Part shown: piece after piece, positions 35,367-36,067 of the stretch | Layout of the letters: the number at the start of each line of letters is the position of its first letter | Position numbering within the stretch: the stretch's first letter is position 1 | Source of the DNA: Myxococcota bacterium | Lineage (GTDB): Bacteria; Myxococcota_A; UBA9160; UBA4427 | Assembly (NCBI GenBank): GCA_039187915.1 | Contig: JBCCZJ010000003.1 | Span: 1 to 36,067, forward strand | Reading direction: 5' to 3' | Length of the DNA: 36,067 nt | Made by a program: the position numbers and the translations under genes | Notes under the pieces: generated by a model | Told to the model about the DNA's origin: nothing | Databases searched by the model: none | The model's input: the letters and a program-made list of their open reading frames with translations, nothing else

Positions 35367-35432
35367 CGCTACGAACGCCACGAGCCCGAGAAGCGGCTCC
35401 TTCACCGCGTGGTGCGCGAGCATCTCGAGCCT
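35367..35432 (+). pseudogene. N-terminal remnant of an IS91-family (ISCR-like) transposase
   Basis: RYERHEPEKRLLHRVVREHLE matches the N-terminal YxRxxPExTxLYxxVxEH motif of IS91/ISCR transposases; no zinc-finger or HUH motifs follow. Confidence 0.65.
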
Positions 35433-35733
35433 TCGTCCAGCGCTCACGGTCCGCCGGCACTGTCCTTCACGGGCGGCGCCGAGCGCGATTCCATTCAGGC
35501 AGCAACGGCCTCGGCGACAGCCGAAACGACTCCCGTGTGGCATCGATGCGCAAAACGAGACAGTCCTCATTCCGCGAGCGCGAAATCGTAACTGGCACGA
35601 CTTGCCCTCGGGATACGCCTCGACCGTCCCAGCAATCGTAGTCAGATCTCAGCAGGACATTCCGAGCGAACGATCGCTAGATGCGCGCATTCAGAGCCGC
35701 TCTCCTCCAACGGCCGAGGCCTGAATCGTACGT

Positions 35734-36067
35734 TCAGAGCGCCGACTCGACCCTCGGAAGCCATACGGTGAATCTCTCACCGTTGCGTTCGAGGACAACT
35801 TCGTGATTCGGACCGCTGACGTTGTTTTTTGATTCCAAGACGACCTCAAGATGCGGGAGGGTAGGACGTACTGCCCGTTCCATCGAACCACGCGATCTCC
35901 AAGTCGAATCCCGGCTCGCGTTGCGTCGCCTTCGCGTAGAATCCCCGCGATCGTCGCTTTTCCCGATTCCCAGGACCATGTCAGCTGAAGGCGCACAGGC
36001 AGGTCGCTGAAAAGGAGGTCGGTGGCAGCAGGGCGGATCGACGCGTCTCCCAGATCAAAATCGACCG
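35734..36067 (-). pseudogene. 3' end of a PDZ-domain protein with an apparent frameshift, partial at the window edge
   Basis: TIAGILREGDATRAGIRLGDRVVRWNG in one frame and EVVLERNGERFTVWL in another, switching near 35860-35875; open to the right edge; lower GC. Confidence 0.55.

Noticed and set aside
35592-35606. Sigma54-like CTGGCACGACTTGC
   Set aside because: GG-to-GC spacing is 2 bp too short and there is no downstream plus-strand gene

Overview
High-GC bacterial DNA. The PEP-CTERM-rich gene content is reminiscent of Myxococcota-like lineages (inference only). The left ~30 kb holds secreted and surface proteins, including five intact PEP-CTERM proteins and a beta-helix protein. It also holds a strongly diverged three-gene operon (hydratase-2/MaoC-like, family III CoA-transferase-like, tandem-CBS protein) behind a GntR-type palindrome, a lipase, DUF4153- and DUF1579-like proteins, a YdjM-like hydrolase, a membrane-fused spermidine-synthase-like protein divergent from an octaheme cytochrome c plus a His-rich membrane protein, and a PPP-type metallophosphoesterase. 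The right ~6 kb is a mobile-DNA scar zone. Two 93-bp direct repeats that end in an IS91/ISCR oriIS-like motif enclose a 2-kb cassette: a three-lipoprotein operon with a truncated rhodanese-like gene at one edge and a truncated TPP-enzyme gene at the other. Next come a frameshifted sixth PEP-CTERM gene and a 3' tRNA-Thr fragment marking an island attachment site. Beyond that lie a FitA/VapC-type toxin-antitoxin pair, an IS91-family transposase remnant and a broken PDZ-domain gene. All family assignments come from recognising motifs by eye; no database searches were run.
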